A DNA stretch of 63,387 nt, counting the filler, from Octopus bimaculoides (Eukaryota), in the NCBI RefSeq assembly GCF_001194135.2. It is 9 parts of 9 records of this genome, joined end to end, with 100 filler letters (N's around TTAATTAATTAA, not from the genome) between each part and the next. Parts side by side here need not be neighbours in the genome. Positions count along the whole stretch, not along the records: positions 9,446 to 22,256 come from NC_068987.1; positions 22,357 to 39,978 come from NC_068990.1; 7 more parts are not named here. One strand, written 5' to 3'. Under the pieces are notes generated by a model, which did not search any database, was not told where the DNA came from, and was given only the letters and a program-made list of their open reading frames with translations. Shown piece by piece: positions 13,089 through 26,553 of the stretch (position 1 is its first letter; each line of letters begins with the position of its first letter). The position numbers and the translations under genes are program-made.

Positions 13089-13163
13089 GCAAAGCCCACC
13101 TCAACGACCGTATCGAACACGAGTACAGGCTCTAGATACGGAAATCCGCAAGTTGTTTCCTAA
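13089..13163 (+). CDS. Candidate terminal exon (AKPTSTTVSNTSTGSRYGNPQVVS*)
   Basis: Strong acceptor cttattgttttcttctcag|G; phase-compatible with 12631-12669. Confidence 0.35.
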   Translation, partial: AKPTSTTVSNTSTGSRYGNPQVVS

Positions 13164-13563
13164 TTCGTGTTGATGTCTACTAAATAGAATATCTCGTGAA
13201 GTGCACGCAGAATAGCGGAAATTGAAACAATAAGATTATATTAATTTTCAATATACTGTGACTGATTTTAACGAAAGTTAAATTTGACCGAGAAGACATA
13301 CAATGAAACCGAAACACAGAAATCTAAAGCGTTATGATATTCATGCTCGAATATGTCAGAACCAGTTGAGGATGAATTGATGGTTTTACTAATAGAATAT
13401 AACGGGTTCATTGTCAAATTTCATCAAGAGATATTGTTATTTTTCCTTTCTAACGAGACTAATAAGAAGAAAATTATAGACGTCATAATGAAGTTTAGAA
13501 AAAATATATAATTCATGAGAATGTGTCATTGAAGAAATATATTGTAATATTTAGATGTATTAA

Positions 13564-13965
13564 GGCGGTGAGCTGGCAGAATCGTCCCCACGCCTGATAT
13601 AATGCATCCCGTCCGTCTTTTCGTCCAAAATTCAAATGCAACCGAGCCCTTTATAATTTCAGGTTCGATAAGGTAAGTACCAGTTAAGTATTGGGGTTGA
13701 CGTAATTGACTTCTCCCCCCACCCCCAACGAAACTCGGGTCCTTCTCGCAAAAACATAGATGTATTAAGGTGGTGAGATGGAAGAATCGTTAGCAGGTCG
13801 GGTAAAATGGTTAGTCTTGATATTTTGGGTTGAAATTGAGGTCCGCTTTACCTTTCATCCTTTTAGGGTATATAAAACAAATACAAGCTGAGCATTGGGA
13901 GAGTGTATGCGACTTATCCTCACGCACTAAGTTTCTGGCCTTGAGCCAAAATTTGACTCCACTGT
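13564..13965 (+). mobile_element. Two tandem SINE family A copies
   Basis: Heads at 13564 and 13769; tagatgtattaa duplicated at 13552-13563 and 13757-13768. Confidence 0.75.
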
Positions 13966-15289
13966 TTACATGTATTATCTATAAGGAATCACCTTCGTGA
14001 TTGATTTATTTGGAGTTGATAAATGAAGTAACAATAATATAATGGAATTCTGTCAGTTGAGTACACTCTCCCTCTCCATTAAAACTGGCTTCATATATTT
14101 TTATCTTTAATAAGGGAACCCTAGCTCTGATTTAAGAAATTATATTATGGTACTTGCTGTCTAACAGTAATAGGAATCTGTGAAGGTTCATGTATATCTG
14201 ATGTATATTCAATGTGAAAGAAATTTTAATTGAAACGTGTTTGGTGGTGTATTTGCGAGGCTGGATTTTTTTCACTCTTTCCCACAGTTGTACATCATTT
14301 AATTTGGTAAGTACTTCATTTCACTAGGCGTTTCATCCATTCATTCAACGGGATCTCAAATGAGAGTTTGTACTTTCACATTGCAGCACTTAAAATACAA
14401 ATTAAATCAGGTTTTAAGTCGATAGGTTTTAAGACAGAAACAACTTTCTGCATCTCACAGTCTTTTGATTGCAGGAATGTATTAAAATACAACAATTCCA
14501 ATGGTATATCAATGCCATCCACGGACTTGATATCTACATCTTTAGAAAGCATTATTTTTCGATAGGAAGTTTATGAAAATCACAGAGGAAGAAAATTATT
14601 ATGAAGAAAATTCACAGAGGTAGTCGCAGGTATTTGTTTTGCCAAACAGTGGAGGTTACTTGATTGATACTACAATCACCACAGGCGTCTTATGGAGATG
14701 TTGTAATTCTAAAAGTAGCATCGATCAACACGTTGTAGGGTGTGACCTGTGTCAACATATCTACGTGGTTTAACTGATTTACCCCAAAACTCATTAATAT
14801 CATATACTATATAGAATTGAAGCAAGGCAGGTAACTGAGAGGCAGAAATATTTTAGATATTAGACAGTTTGCAAAGTAGCTTCATCCTAATTTGTGCATA
14901 ATCTTTTAACCTTTAAGGAGCTTCTTACATTATGTGCGCATTAAGACATCCTTGAAAGCATTATGATAGCGCTTATTTACCGGATACGTCGAAATGAAAT
15001 TAAATGGCCTTGTCAAAATCCCAATATAATGCCAGGAACATTGATATATAGAACTGGACGTGAAAGCTGAAATACACAATGTTAAGTCGAATAATGGCTT
15101 TTCTCTTTACAGTGAATAATTGGCAAATGTTTTCCAAGGAGTTCTATGCAAGTGGCTGTGCACAACCAATAGAATATGCTTTTCACTGAATTTTGGCTGA
15201 ATTATCTCCCTTTTTACTTATTAAATGTTAAAACAATTTTTTGGTGAGTTTCTGTTTTTCGTTTCAAATATTCGTTTTTCTCTTTTATC

Positions 15290-15455
15290 CTTTATTTGTT
15301 TCAGTCATCTGAAAGTGGCCATGCTACAGCACCGCTTGAACGAGATTTAACCGAAGAAATTGACTCCAAGAATTATTCTTTGTGAGCCTAGTACTAATAC
15401 TATCGGTAACGTTTGTCAAACTGCTAAGTTACGGTGGGCAAGCGATGGGCGGGGG
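15290..15455 (-). mobile_element. SINE family B
   Basis: ttgtttcagtca...tggccatgctacagcaccgc...ctgctaagttacgg. Confidence 0.7.
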
Positions 15456-15486
15456 CAAACTAGGATGCAAGGATACACACATATAA

Positions 15487-15545
<59 letters not shown>

Positions 15546-15825
15546 NNNNNNNNNNNNNNNNNNNNNNNNNNNNNNNNNNNNNNNNNNNNNNNNNNNNNNN
15601 NNNNNNNNNNNNNNNNNNNNNNNNNNNNNNNNNNNNNNNNNNNNNNNNNNNNNNNNNNNNNNNNNNNNNNNNNNNNNNNNNNNNNNNNNNNNNNNNNNNN
15701 NNNNNNNNNNNNNNNNNNNNNNNNNNNNNNNNNNNNNNNNNNNNNNNNNNNNNNNNNNNNNNNNNNNNNNNNNNNNNNNNNNNNNNNNNNNNNNNNNNNN
15801 NNNNNNNNTATATATATATATATGA

Positions 15826-15930
15826 TGAGTTCTTTCAGTTTCCGGCTACCAAACCCAAGATGCCACGCAGTGGGACTGAACCCAGATCCATGAGGTTTGG
15901 AAGCAAGTATTTTGTCGCACAGACACCTAC
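15826..15930 (-). mobile_element. SINE family D, internally deleted
   Basis: tctttcagtttccggctaccaaa...gccacgcagtgggactgaaccc. Confidence 0.7.
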
Positions 15931-16318
15931 GGTGGATAATCTCCCCTGGGGAGTTTCCCCCAAATCTCTTTTAGATTTTAATATTACTCGTTATTAGCAT
16001 CACTACTACATCTAATGCAACACACACATGGACGCACGTTTTTTATATTAACACCTTGCTTGGAAACATGTAATGTTTGGCTGCAGGAAGAGCATCCGCC
16101 TGTAGCATTACTGCCTCAACAAATTCCGTGCAGGCATAGGGAATTGGACATAAAAGCAATAGTGATGCTATGTTTGTACGTGTGTGTGTGTGTGTGTGTG
16201 TGTGTGCATGTCTACGTATATGTATGTGCCTGCATGTGTGTGTGCGTGTGGGTTCATTTGCGTGTGTTTGTGTAAATGTGTGTGTGTGCGCGCGTGTGTG
16301 TATGTGTGTGCATGTGTG

Positions 16319-16436
<118 letters not shown>

Positions 16437-19400
16437 TAACTTTGCAGAAGGGACATTGAATAAGAATTCTGTATTATGCCAACGTATGTTTTAATGTCCA
16501 TTTTCGCACATTTTCGTCTAGAATAAGGAAATTAAAATATATAGTAATGTTTGACAGCCGCTTAATATATTACACTGCTGTAATTATTTGAAACGTTATC
16601 TCTTACGTTCAAGAGCAGAGGGAGTTCTAATAACTACAACAAATTCTTATTCCCTCCTTTTGTGCATCTTATTATCAATAACTAAACTTTAATTAAGATA
16701 TTTCGTCTTCTGTGTTATCGTTAAAGTGATTTTCTGTTAGCAATAGATGGTTAAAAGTTCAATGTTTTTTTAATGCATCACTTATATATCAACAATTTCT
16801 CGCAACCATACTGTGCAGTGAGCCATGTTCATGCGGGCGTTGCTCGCAAAATGATTGATTAGGATTTCTTTTTCCCTGAAACTTCCGAATATACAGCCGC
16901 TTCTCTAGAGTAAGCTAGAATCTCTTCATCTCGTCCATAGTCTTTAGAATTCACGCTGTATATGTGCAGGTCAACTTCAGCATAATATTGGTTAATATAT
17001 TTTGAAATATTTGCACATTAGATCATTCAGTAGTATCAATGATTTCCGGCAACACTCTGCAAGTTATCCAAACAATTTTCCAATATAAAATTATCATATT
17101 TTCCTATCGATGATGTTTGTTGATCTCTAAATGGAATGCTCAGGCACTATCTACACATACATTCCACTGTAATCGTAGCCACACCATTCATGTTTTGTAT
17201 AGACATTCCATGCAACTAGCAGATGTCCAATCTACTCAATGCGATATCTGCAAGCCTATAGCTTATGGAAACAGTAGCATCCGTTATAAGTGAATGTGCT
17301 GCCCGAAGTTCTACGGAATGTTTAGATGCAAAAGGCTGTAGTAAACAGGAAATACAATTTTCAAAATTCCATTCCTTGAATATACACAAAGCGACGTAGA
17401 ATGCACTGGAAAGAAAGTGACAGACAGTTGTGATTACAAACACACAGACAGACAAAGAATTTTGTATATACAGAGTGGTACTCCATCAGTACCATCGTAT
17501 CCTGTGATTGTATAGGGAAAGGGCGTACATGAACGCATATCAGTCGTTACACATCTATATGCATGTGTAGATGTGTGTCTGTATGTGGATGTTGAATAAT
17601 GTAGATAACGCGGAAACACACACATACTCAGACACGTACATACTCATAGACTTATAACACAGTGACACTCATAGAAAATGTGACATTGTCGCTGAACGGA
17701 GAAACACACGCACTGACCACGGAAACACACACACACATTCATACACTCACACGCATACACTGACAGACACAGGCACACTCATATGCAGAAGATATATCGT
17801 TGAAACAATAGGTAAAAGAATGTAGGTGACTCGTTATTTCAAGTGTAAATGGCCTAGAAAAGTTTAAGAGTAAAGTGCAAACCACATAGATCTGCATTCC
17901 TGGTTGACAGAACAATAGGCCGTATGTCTAGGGAGAATTTCTAGTCTCGATTTCGAATCTCAGGTTGGACAAAATGGGGTTTGTACAGAACTCATCAGTA
18001 AACTAAATTCCGGAAGCAATTGATTTACATCAATTATTGACTAATTAATTACTAAGCAATGAGTACCGACGTGGATTGGATGAGGGAAAGGGAGTAGATT
18101 AACGCATGTCTGTCTTCATATATGTATATGTATGTGCGTGTGTGTGAACTGGATGACGTACGTAAGGCGGAGAGAGCCACACACTGAGACACATACATAC
18201 TCATACACTCACACAGACATAGAGGCAGCCATATACAAAATGTGATGTTGTCGTGGAAGGCGAAAACGCACACATATTGACATACACGTGTACACTCATA
18301 CACTGAGACACATACATTGATAGACACTCACTCGCATATACAGGATGTAACGTAGAATACATTGGGAACAGACAGACAGGCGGTTTTGATTACAGACAGA
18401 CACACAGACAGGCAAAGCACATGTATTAAAGATTAATTTAAGAGGAGCAGTAAATACCTTACAACGTTGCAACTGGTACGATATGAAGCAATATAAAGGT
18501 GAAAGAATATTAAAAGTGAAGTATTATATCTTTACAAAATAGATGTTATTGTTTCACTTTTGACACGTAATTATTGTTTCACTTTTGAAACGGAATACCG
18601 AACCAGTATAAGAGAGAGTTCTGGGCCTGTATTAGGCAATAAGTAATGCATGTATAAAGCTTGAATGAAATCGGTTGGGTAGTTCTCGAGTTCTAGTGAT
18701 GATGCACACATACAGACACACCCAGAGACAGACGGGCATTCTCAGGTTTGTATATATATATATATNNNNNNNNNNNNNNNNNNNNNNNNNNNNNNNNNNN
18801 NNNNNNNNNNNNNNNNNNNNNNNNNNNNNNNNNNNNNNNNNNNNNNNNNNNNNNNNNNNNNNNNNNNNNNNNNNNNNNNNNNNNNNNNNNNNNNNNNNNN
18901 NNNAAAAATATAAAAAAAGGGTTTTGTATGATCGTATATAGAGGAATGTACCAGTTAAAAGAGTTCCAACTCTGTCTGTTTTTTATGTTTTGTTTATATT
19001 CTTATAAAATTAATGTGGGATATAGAATATGGAATATATAATATAAATAGTAAAATGAAATGAAGTATTGAATGTCTTATTGGATATATGAAATATTGAG
19101 TATTAAATATAGAGTATTAAATATATAAAGGCTAGTATACATTCATGCCTCATGGCATTCATCTGACATATATACTGACAGTACAATAAGTACTGATCTT
19201 TGTAGATCTTAAAAATGTCTTTTGAGACCGCCGTTTGTTTTCTTGTTTTGTTGTTTGTCCGCCACTACATTCCTCCATGGCACAGGTTTAATTTGTGTAT
19301 ACAAATTTAATTTGCAATCCATGGGAAGAGCCATTTTAACGATGCGTCCTGCCCAACTCTTCGAAACGCCAATTTTAAAATGGGGGTAGCTGATGAAGGA

Positions 19401-21402
19401 AAATGTTCTCTATGTGGCTTGTGTGTTTTCTGTACTCTGGTTATTATTATTTTCTTGTCTACGTTTTGTTTGCAATGTCCTGTACCCAGATATGCACCTA
19501 TATATACAGGTAGACGTAGGTATGCACATACCTGTACGTATATATGCATTTACTCATTTATTATTNNNNNNNNNNNNNNNNNNNNNNNNNNNNNNNNNNN
19601 NNNNNNNNNNNNNNNNNNNNNNNNNNNNNNNNNNNNNNNNNNNNNNNNNNNNNNNNNNNNNNNNNNNNNNNNNNNNNNNNNNNNNNNNNNNNNNNNNNNN
19701 NNNNNNNNNNNNNNNNNNNNNNNNNNNNNNNNNNNNNNNNNNNNNNNNNNNNNNNNNNNNNNNNNNNNNNNNNNNNNNNNNNNNNNNNNNNNNNNNNNNN
19801 NNNNNNNNNNNNNNNNNNNNNNNNNNNNNNNNNNNNNNNNNNNNNNNNNNNNNNNNNNNNNNNNNNNNNNNNNNNNNNNNNNNNNNNNNNNNNNNNNNNN
19901 NNNNNNNNNNNNNNNNNNNNNNNNNNNNNNNNNNNNNNNNNNNNNNNNNNNNNNNNNNNNNNNNNNNNNNNNNNNNNNNNNNNNNNNNNNNNNNNNNNNN
20001 NNNNNNNNNNNNNNNNNNNNNNNNNNNNNNNNNNNNNNNNNNNNNNNNNNNNNNNNNNNNNNNNNNNNNNNNNNNNNNNNNNNNNNNNNNNNNNNNNNNN
20101 NNNNNNNNNNNNNNNNNNNNNNNNNNNNNNNNNNNNNNNNNNNNNNNNNNNNNNNNNNNNNNNNNNNNNNNNNNNNNNNNNNNNNNNNNNNNNNNNNNNN
20201 NNNNNNNNNNNNNNNNNNNNNNNNNNNNNNNNNNNNNNNNNNNNNNNNNNNNNNNNNNNNNNNNNNNNNNNNNNATATATATATATACATATATATATAT
20301 ATAATATACATACATATATATATTTATATGTATAGGAATAACTAGTTTGATGCGTGTATGTATGCACGTATGTATGTATGTGGGTATTCAAGTAAGAGAA
20401 TATGTACGTATGTATTTATGTATGTATGAATGTATGTATGCAAAAGAGATTAACTCATTTCTAGTCATATCCCAAGGTAGCGGTTTAATGAGACGATGCG
20501 TCAAGCGATAGAAGTATTAATAATTTAAAGGGACAGGTTTTGAACATAGAAACATGTAAAATATAGAAAATATTGCCAAAGTAGATAAATAATTCGTACG
20601 AAACACACTCAGAGATGCATGCACAAACGCACACACACACGTACACATATAGCCACATATATATGTATGTATAGGTTTATAAAGATATGCTTTGTGTGAG
20701 TGTTAGCGCGTTTGAATTTATATGTGAATATTACAAACGCACGATTACACATATGTGCACACACTCATATACACACACTCACACAAATATATATAAATGT
20801 GGGAGCGTATTGAAAGAGGAGTATGTATGTATATAAGACTTGTGTTTGAAAGTATCTAGCTAGGTATGTTTCCGTGTGTGTGCGCGCACATATGTATGTA
20901 ATATGCATATGTATACTACATGTCTTATTGAAACTTCTAAATCAATATACATAAATAATGTAGGTAAATTCTCAGCTTTTTAATGTCTAGTTTTCTGTAT
21001 TTGATATTGGCTCACAGAAGCTTATAATTGGCGACAACTTGTAAAGTTTTCTACCAACATTTCAACAACAAGAATTTGGGGCGTTTTAGTGTCCCAGTTT
21101 GCAGAAATTATATCATTTTTGTATGTGCGATGATGAACCAGCTGCTGTCCGATACTGAATACGGAGATAACTCTATATCAATAAACTAATGTGAAAAGTA
21201 TTGGTCGATTAGGTGCGGCCGGTCATTCAATCTGTTTCCGTGACAGCACCTATGTTGTTCGAATGAAACACACGTGTACGCGCGCAGAAATATAAATATA
21301 GAGAGGGAGAAGTGTGACTGATTGGCAGGAACATTATAATTCATTCGTTAAAGAAGACTGAAATGAACAGTTCCCTCTCTTCATACTCCTTAAGAGAGAT
21401 AT

Positions 21403-21636
21403 GCGGCGAGCTGGCAGAAACGTTAGCGTGCCGGGCGAAATGCTTAGTGGTATTTCGTCTGCCGTTACGTTCTGAGTTCAATTCCGCCGCGTTCGACTTT
21501 GCCTTTCATCCTTTCGGGGTCGATAAATAAAGTACCAGTTATGCACTGGAGTCGATGTAATCGACTTAATCCCTTTGTCTGTTGTTCTTTGCCCCCTCTA
21601 TGTTTAACCCCTTGCGGGCAATAAAGAAATAAGAAA
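21403..21636 (+). mobile_element. SINE family A
   Basis: Near-consensus head and core. Confidence 0.85.
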
Positions 21637-22356
21637 TACGCACGCTCACAAACCTTGACACAGAGAGAGGGGGAAGACAGAAAATAAGAGAGAGAGAAAA
21701 CAAGGGAAGGAATGAGAGAATGAGTGAAACATTAAGACGCGAGAAATATTAAATCAGCTCATATGAAATAAGTCAACATCAAATGAATGAAGACACATGG
21801 GCGACGCCGAAACGGCTATGCCAAAACGTATTATACAGAAATACCTTTGGTAGTTTATCCTTCACTTTCAACGAGAATTATTTGATCAACCAGCAATTTT
21901 CCGAAACCGCAACCTATGCTCACAGGAATGGCTTTGAGCTTGATATTAAGGTCAACATCATTTAAATAGTGCCAATATTCACAACGCTTATGATAGCTTG
22001 TGCCAAGTCAATTATTTTACTTACATGCATCATTTACTGTCCGTCCAATATGATTTGCAGCGGAAGTCTTTTAATATTTCATTTTGGTTTGCAAGATTCT
22101 TTATTTGAATTCGTGTGTTGAATCATATTCTGTTGTGTCTAGGAAGAGTCATTCTCTGTTAGTGACTTATTATTTAACTCATTCACCGGTAAAATTTCCA
22201 CGTATTTCTTTTTTATTTTTCTAAACTTTTCGTTGCGTCTTTCACCCATTTCAATANNNNNNNNNNNNNNNNNNNNNNNNNNNNNNNNNNNNNNNNNNNN
22301 TTAATTAATTAANNNNNNNNNNNNNNNNNNNNNNNNNNNNNNNNNNNNNNNNNNNN

Positions 22357-22662
22357 GTTGTGAGTGTTTATTGAGCAAAAACACCTAAAGCTCCACGAGG
22401 CTCCGGCAGGGGATGGTGGCGAACCCTGCTGTACTCGTTCACAACAACTTTCTTTCACTCTTACTTCTTGTTTCTCTTGTGCCTGTAATTCAAAAGGTCA
22501 GCTTCGTCACACTGTGTCACGCTGAATATCCCCGAGAACTACGTTAAGGGTACACGTGTCTGTGGAGTGCTCAGCCACTTGCACGTTAATTTCACGAGCA
22601 GGCTGTTCCGTTGATCGGATCAACTGGAACCCTCGACGTCGTAAGCGACGGAATGCCAACAA
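22357..22662 (+). mobile_element. SINE family C, 5' end lost in gap
   Basis: Homologous to 758-1094. Confidence 0.85.
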
Positions 22663-22849
22663 GTGACAGGTAAGAGCGATAACGTTATCGACGATGTTCT
22701 CTGGGTGCTGCTGAAAATAATCTGAATGATGTGTTCCGGAGGACTTTCAAACCAGGGTTAACAACAATTTCTAGAAATCTCTGACCTGCTAGTACTATCA
22801 GAGGACATTGCAGTTGTTGAAACGAGATAAATCCTAGAGACACGACAGT

Positions 22850-23135
22850 GTCAGCTAGTCCTCTGGGTTGCACGCAGTGACGAAACCATACTGCATGCAC
22901 TCGTCCAGTGTCCACGCTTAAATGACATGTGAAGTCATGCCGAACAGTATCCTTCTATGAGCTGAGCCCATTGGGAAGATCGTCCTGCTGCCTTTCTTTT
23001 GCCAGAAAGTGCAGGTACCCTTTAACTACCTGGTGGCCTTGGTAAAAGAGGACGTATGGTTAACGAGATTTTTTTTAAAAACTGATGGCTTCTTTCATTT
23101 TTCATCTGACAAGGCTTTGATCAACCCGGACTATA
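22850..23135 (+). mobile_element. Tx1/L1-like LINE ORF2 C-terminal remnant
   Basis: Translates, with stops and frameshifts, to DETILHALVQCP (CCHC-finger-type ET..H....C) and FNYLVALVKEDVWLTR. Confidence 0.6.
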
Positions 23136-23351
23136 GTAAATTACATCCGTTCTGTGGAACTGTAAGTATACACACACACATGCATACACATACACACACA
23201 CACACACACACTCACACACACACACACTATGTTTTCATTTCTCATTGTACTTAACGTTTTTTTTTATGTCCTGTACCCATATATGCATGTATGTATACAT
23301 ATAGATGTAGGTATGTACATATATGTATGGATATATGCATANNNNNNNNNN

Positions 23352-23387
<36 letters not shown>

Positions 23388-26300
23388 GTACATAAACATA
23401 TATACATACATCTAGATATATAGATAAAGATATACAACCAATTGTTAAAAGCAAGGATGCCTATGCGAGAGGTAATCATGCAAGTAGACACTGAAATATG
23501 GGGAGAAAGGGAAGAAATGTGAGAGAGGAAGAGATAACGCATTTAAGATGGAGAGATGTAAAGAAGAAAGATAGAACTCAACAATACAGATTACAAATTA
23601 GAGAGCTGCCGTGATAAAAATGAACAATGTTTAAGGAGAAAGCAGAGGTTGTTCTGAGAGAGATAAAAGAGAAACAAAGAAAGTATTATATAAGGAGGTG
23701 GATTAGATAGATAAATAGATAGATTGGAAATTGACAGAGCGGGAAATGAAAGTTAGAAACAAATAAGTCTGCATCCAGCCAGAAAGCTGAACAGGCAGTC
23801 AGGCGAGCAGGCAGTCAAAATACAAGTAAAGATGGAAACGAGCGTGAGAGGAGAAGAGATATTGCAAGTAAAAGAGGATAAACGGGAAAAAAGTTCAACA
23901 ACAGAGAGAAGTAATGAGTGATATAATGTATTAAATAACAGAAGAAAAAGCGAGGGATAGAGATAATGATAGACATAGTGAGAGGAGGGAGAGAGACAAA
24001 GAGATTCGTGCTTGGTATCGAAGTGTCTAGGGAAAGACGTTGAAAATAAAGTGAGGAGATGAAAGCAAGTTTTGAATGAGAGAAAAAAGAGAGGGAGCTG
24101 CACATATAAACACACAGGAAGAAAATAAATAATGATGTATGTGAACGAGTCTGTGAGAATAATGAAAGCGAGTGAGAGAGTGAGAGTGTTAGAATTAGAA
24201 AGTAAAAAGGCGACTTTTTTCTACTATGCAACCGCTAATTGGAAGTCAAACAGTTGCAGAAATCCTCAATACAGAAAAACTGCTCGAATACGAATTGAAG
24301 GGAAAAAAATATCACAAGAAGAGGTCAATGCTCGATATGACGTGAAGGAGAGAATTACCCCAAAACAATGACAAACACAATAAGACCAAAAGCAATGAGC
24401 GAAGCTTAAAAAAATATGATAACTGAAAGTAGACAAAATGAAACTCAAGAAGAAAATGAATGACGCAAGGCTTGAAACAGAAACATCATACATTGCCGTA
24501 AGAACCACAGATTTTCATGGGCACCCTGGTAGTATATATTTCAATACATATATACATGAATGCATACACATACACACACATTCATATATAAATATGTATA
24601 TATGTATGTATGTGTATATATATATNNNNNNNNNNNNNNNNNNNNNNNNNNNNNNNNNNNNNNNNNNNNNNNNNNNNNNNNNNNNNNNNNNNNNNNNNNN
24701 NNNNNNNNNNNNNNNNNNNNNNNNNNNNNNNNNNNNNNNNNNNNNNNNNNNNNNNNNNNNNNNNNNNNNNNNNNNNNNNNNNNNNNNNNNNNNNNNNNNN
24801 NNNNNNNNNNNNNNNNNNNNNNNNNNNNNNNNNNNNNNNNNNNNNNNNNNNNNNNNNNNNNNNNNNNNNNNNNNNNNNNNNNNNNNNNNNNNNNNNNNNN
24901 NNNNNNNNNNNNNNNNNNNNNNNNNNNNNNNNNNNNNNNNNNNNNNNNNNNNNNNNNNNNNNNNNNNNNNNNNNNNNNNNNNNNNNNNNNNNNNNNNNNN
25001 NNNNNNNNNNNNNNNNNNNNNNNNNNNNNNNNNNNNNNNNNNNNNNNNNNNNNNNNNNNNNNNNNNNNNNNNNNNNNNNNNNNNNNNNNNNNNNNNNNNN
25101 NNNNNNNNNNNNNNNNNNNNNNNNNNNNNNNNNNNNNNNNNNNNNNNNNNNNNNNNNNNNNNNNNNNNNNNNNNNNNNNNNNNNNNNNNNNNNNNNNNNN
25201 NNNNNNNNNNNNNNNNNNNNNNNNNNNNNNNNNNNNNNNNNNNNNNNNNNNNNNNNNNNNNNNNNNNNNNNNNNNNNNNNNNNNNNNNNNNNNNNNNNNN
25301 NNNNNNNNNNNNNNNNNNNNNNNNNNNNNNNNNNNNNNNNNNNNNNNNNNNNNNNNNNNNNNNNNNNNNNNNNNNNNNNNNNNNNNNNNNATGGTGGTGG
25401 CCGGAGTTGTGGTAGTGGTAGCAGTAGTGGTGGTGACGGTGCTGCTGCTGTTGGCATCGGTGGGGATTTTTGTGGTTGGTGGTGGTGGTGGTGGTGGTGG
25501 TGGTGGTGGTAGTGGTCATTGTGGAAATGGTGATCATAGTGGTGATGGTGCTTTAGTGATGCTGACTCTGATAGTTTTGGTAGTAGTTTTAGGTGTTGGT
25601 ATTGGTGTCAGTGGTGGTAATGATGATGATGGTTGTGGTTGTGGTGTTGTTGTTGGTGGTGGTGGTGTGGTGGTGGTAGTGGTGGTGATAATAATAGTGC
25701 TGCTGGTGCTGCTGATTGTAGCAAAGAGGATAATGATGCTTGTAACGATAGTACCAGTAATAGCAACAGTGGTAGCTGAGGTAGTGCTTGGAATGGTATT
25801 GGTAGCAGTTGTGGTAATAGTAATAGCTGCGGTCGTTGTTGATGTTCGCGATAGAAGTGGTAGTGGTGATGTTTTTGTTGGTACAATTGCATTTGTGATT
25901 GCGGTGGATGGTGGTTTCGAAGATGATGTGAAAGGGGTGGTCTCTATGTGGAGGTGGTCATTGACTTTGATGGTAGTGATGGCGGAAACAGTGGTGGCTG
26001 ATGGTGAAAGTTTGGGTACCGGTAGATTGTGGTGGTGGTGGTGGTGGTGGTGGTGGTGGTAATGGTTGTAAAGGTGTTGGTTGTTGTGGCAATGGTGGTT
26101 GTGGTGNNNNNNNNNNNNNNNNNNNNNNNNNNNNNNNNNNNNNNNNNNNNNNNNNNNNNNNNNNNNNNNNNNNNNNNNNNNNNNNNNNNNNNNNNNNNNN
26201 NNNNNNNNNNNNNNNNNNNNNNNNNNNNNNNNNNNNNNNNNNNNNNNNNNNNNNNNNNNNNNNNNNNNNNNNNNNNNNNNNNNNNNNNNNNNNNNNNNNN

Positions 26301-26514
26301 NNNNNNNNNNNNTTGTGGTGGTTGTGGTGGTTGTGGTGGTTGTGGTGGTGGGGGTAGTGGTTATGAGTGAGTGATAGTTTAGCGGTTGAAAGAAGAAACA
26401 AAAGACTTCTTTAGAAGAGGCTAAAACGTAGCTTGCGTGTGAAGGCGCGAAATGAGTAGAAAGGCGGGTGTTGATGGTGGTGGACGGGTGGTGGATGGGA
26501 ACATAGGAAAAAGT

Positions 26515-26516
26515 GG

Positions 26517-26553
<37 letters not shown>

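Noticed and set aside
17130-17170. miR-1-like tggaatg...cattcca hairpin
   Set aside because: Only a 7-bp match; the rest does not match miR-1 or form a pre-miRNA stem. I noticed no conserved miRNA elsewhere by eye
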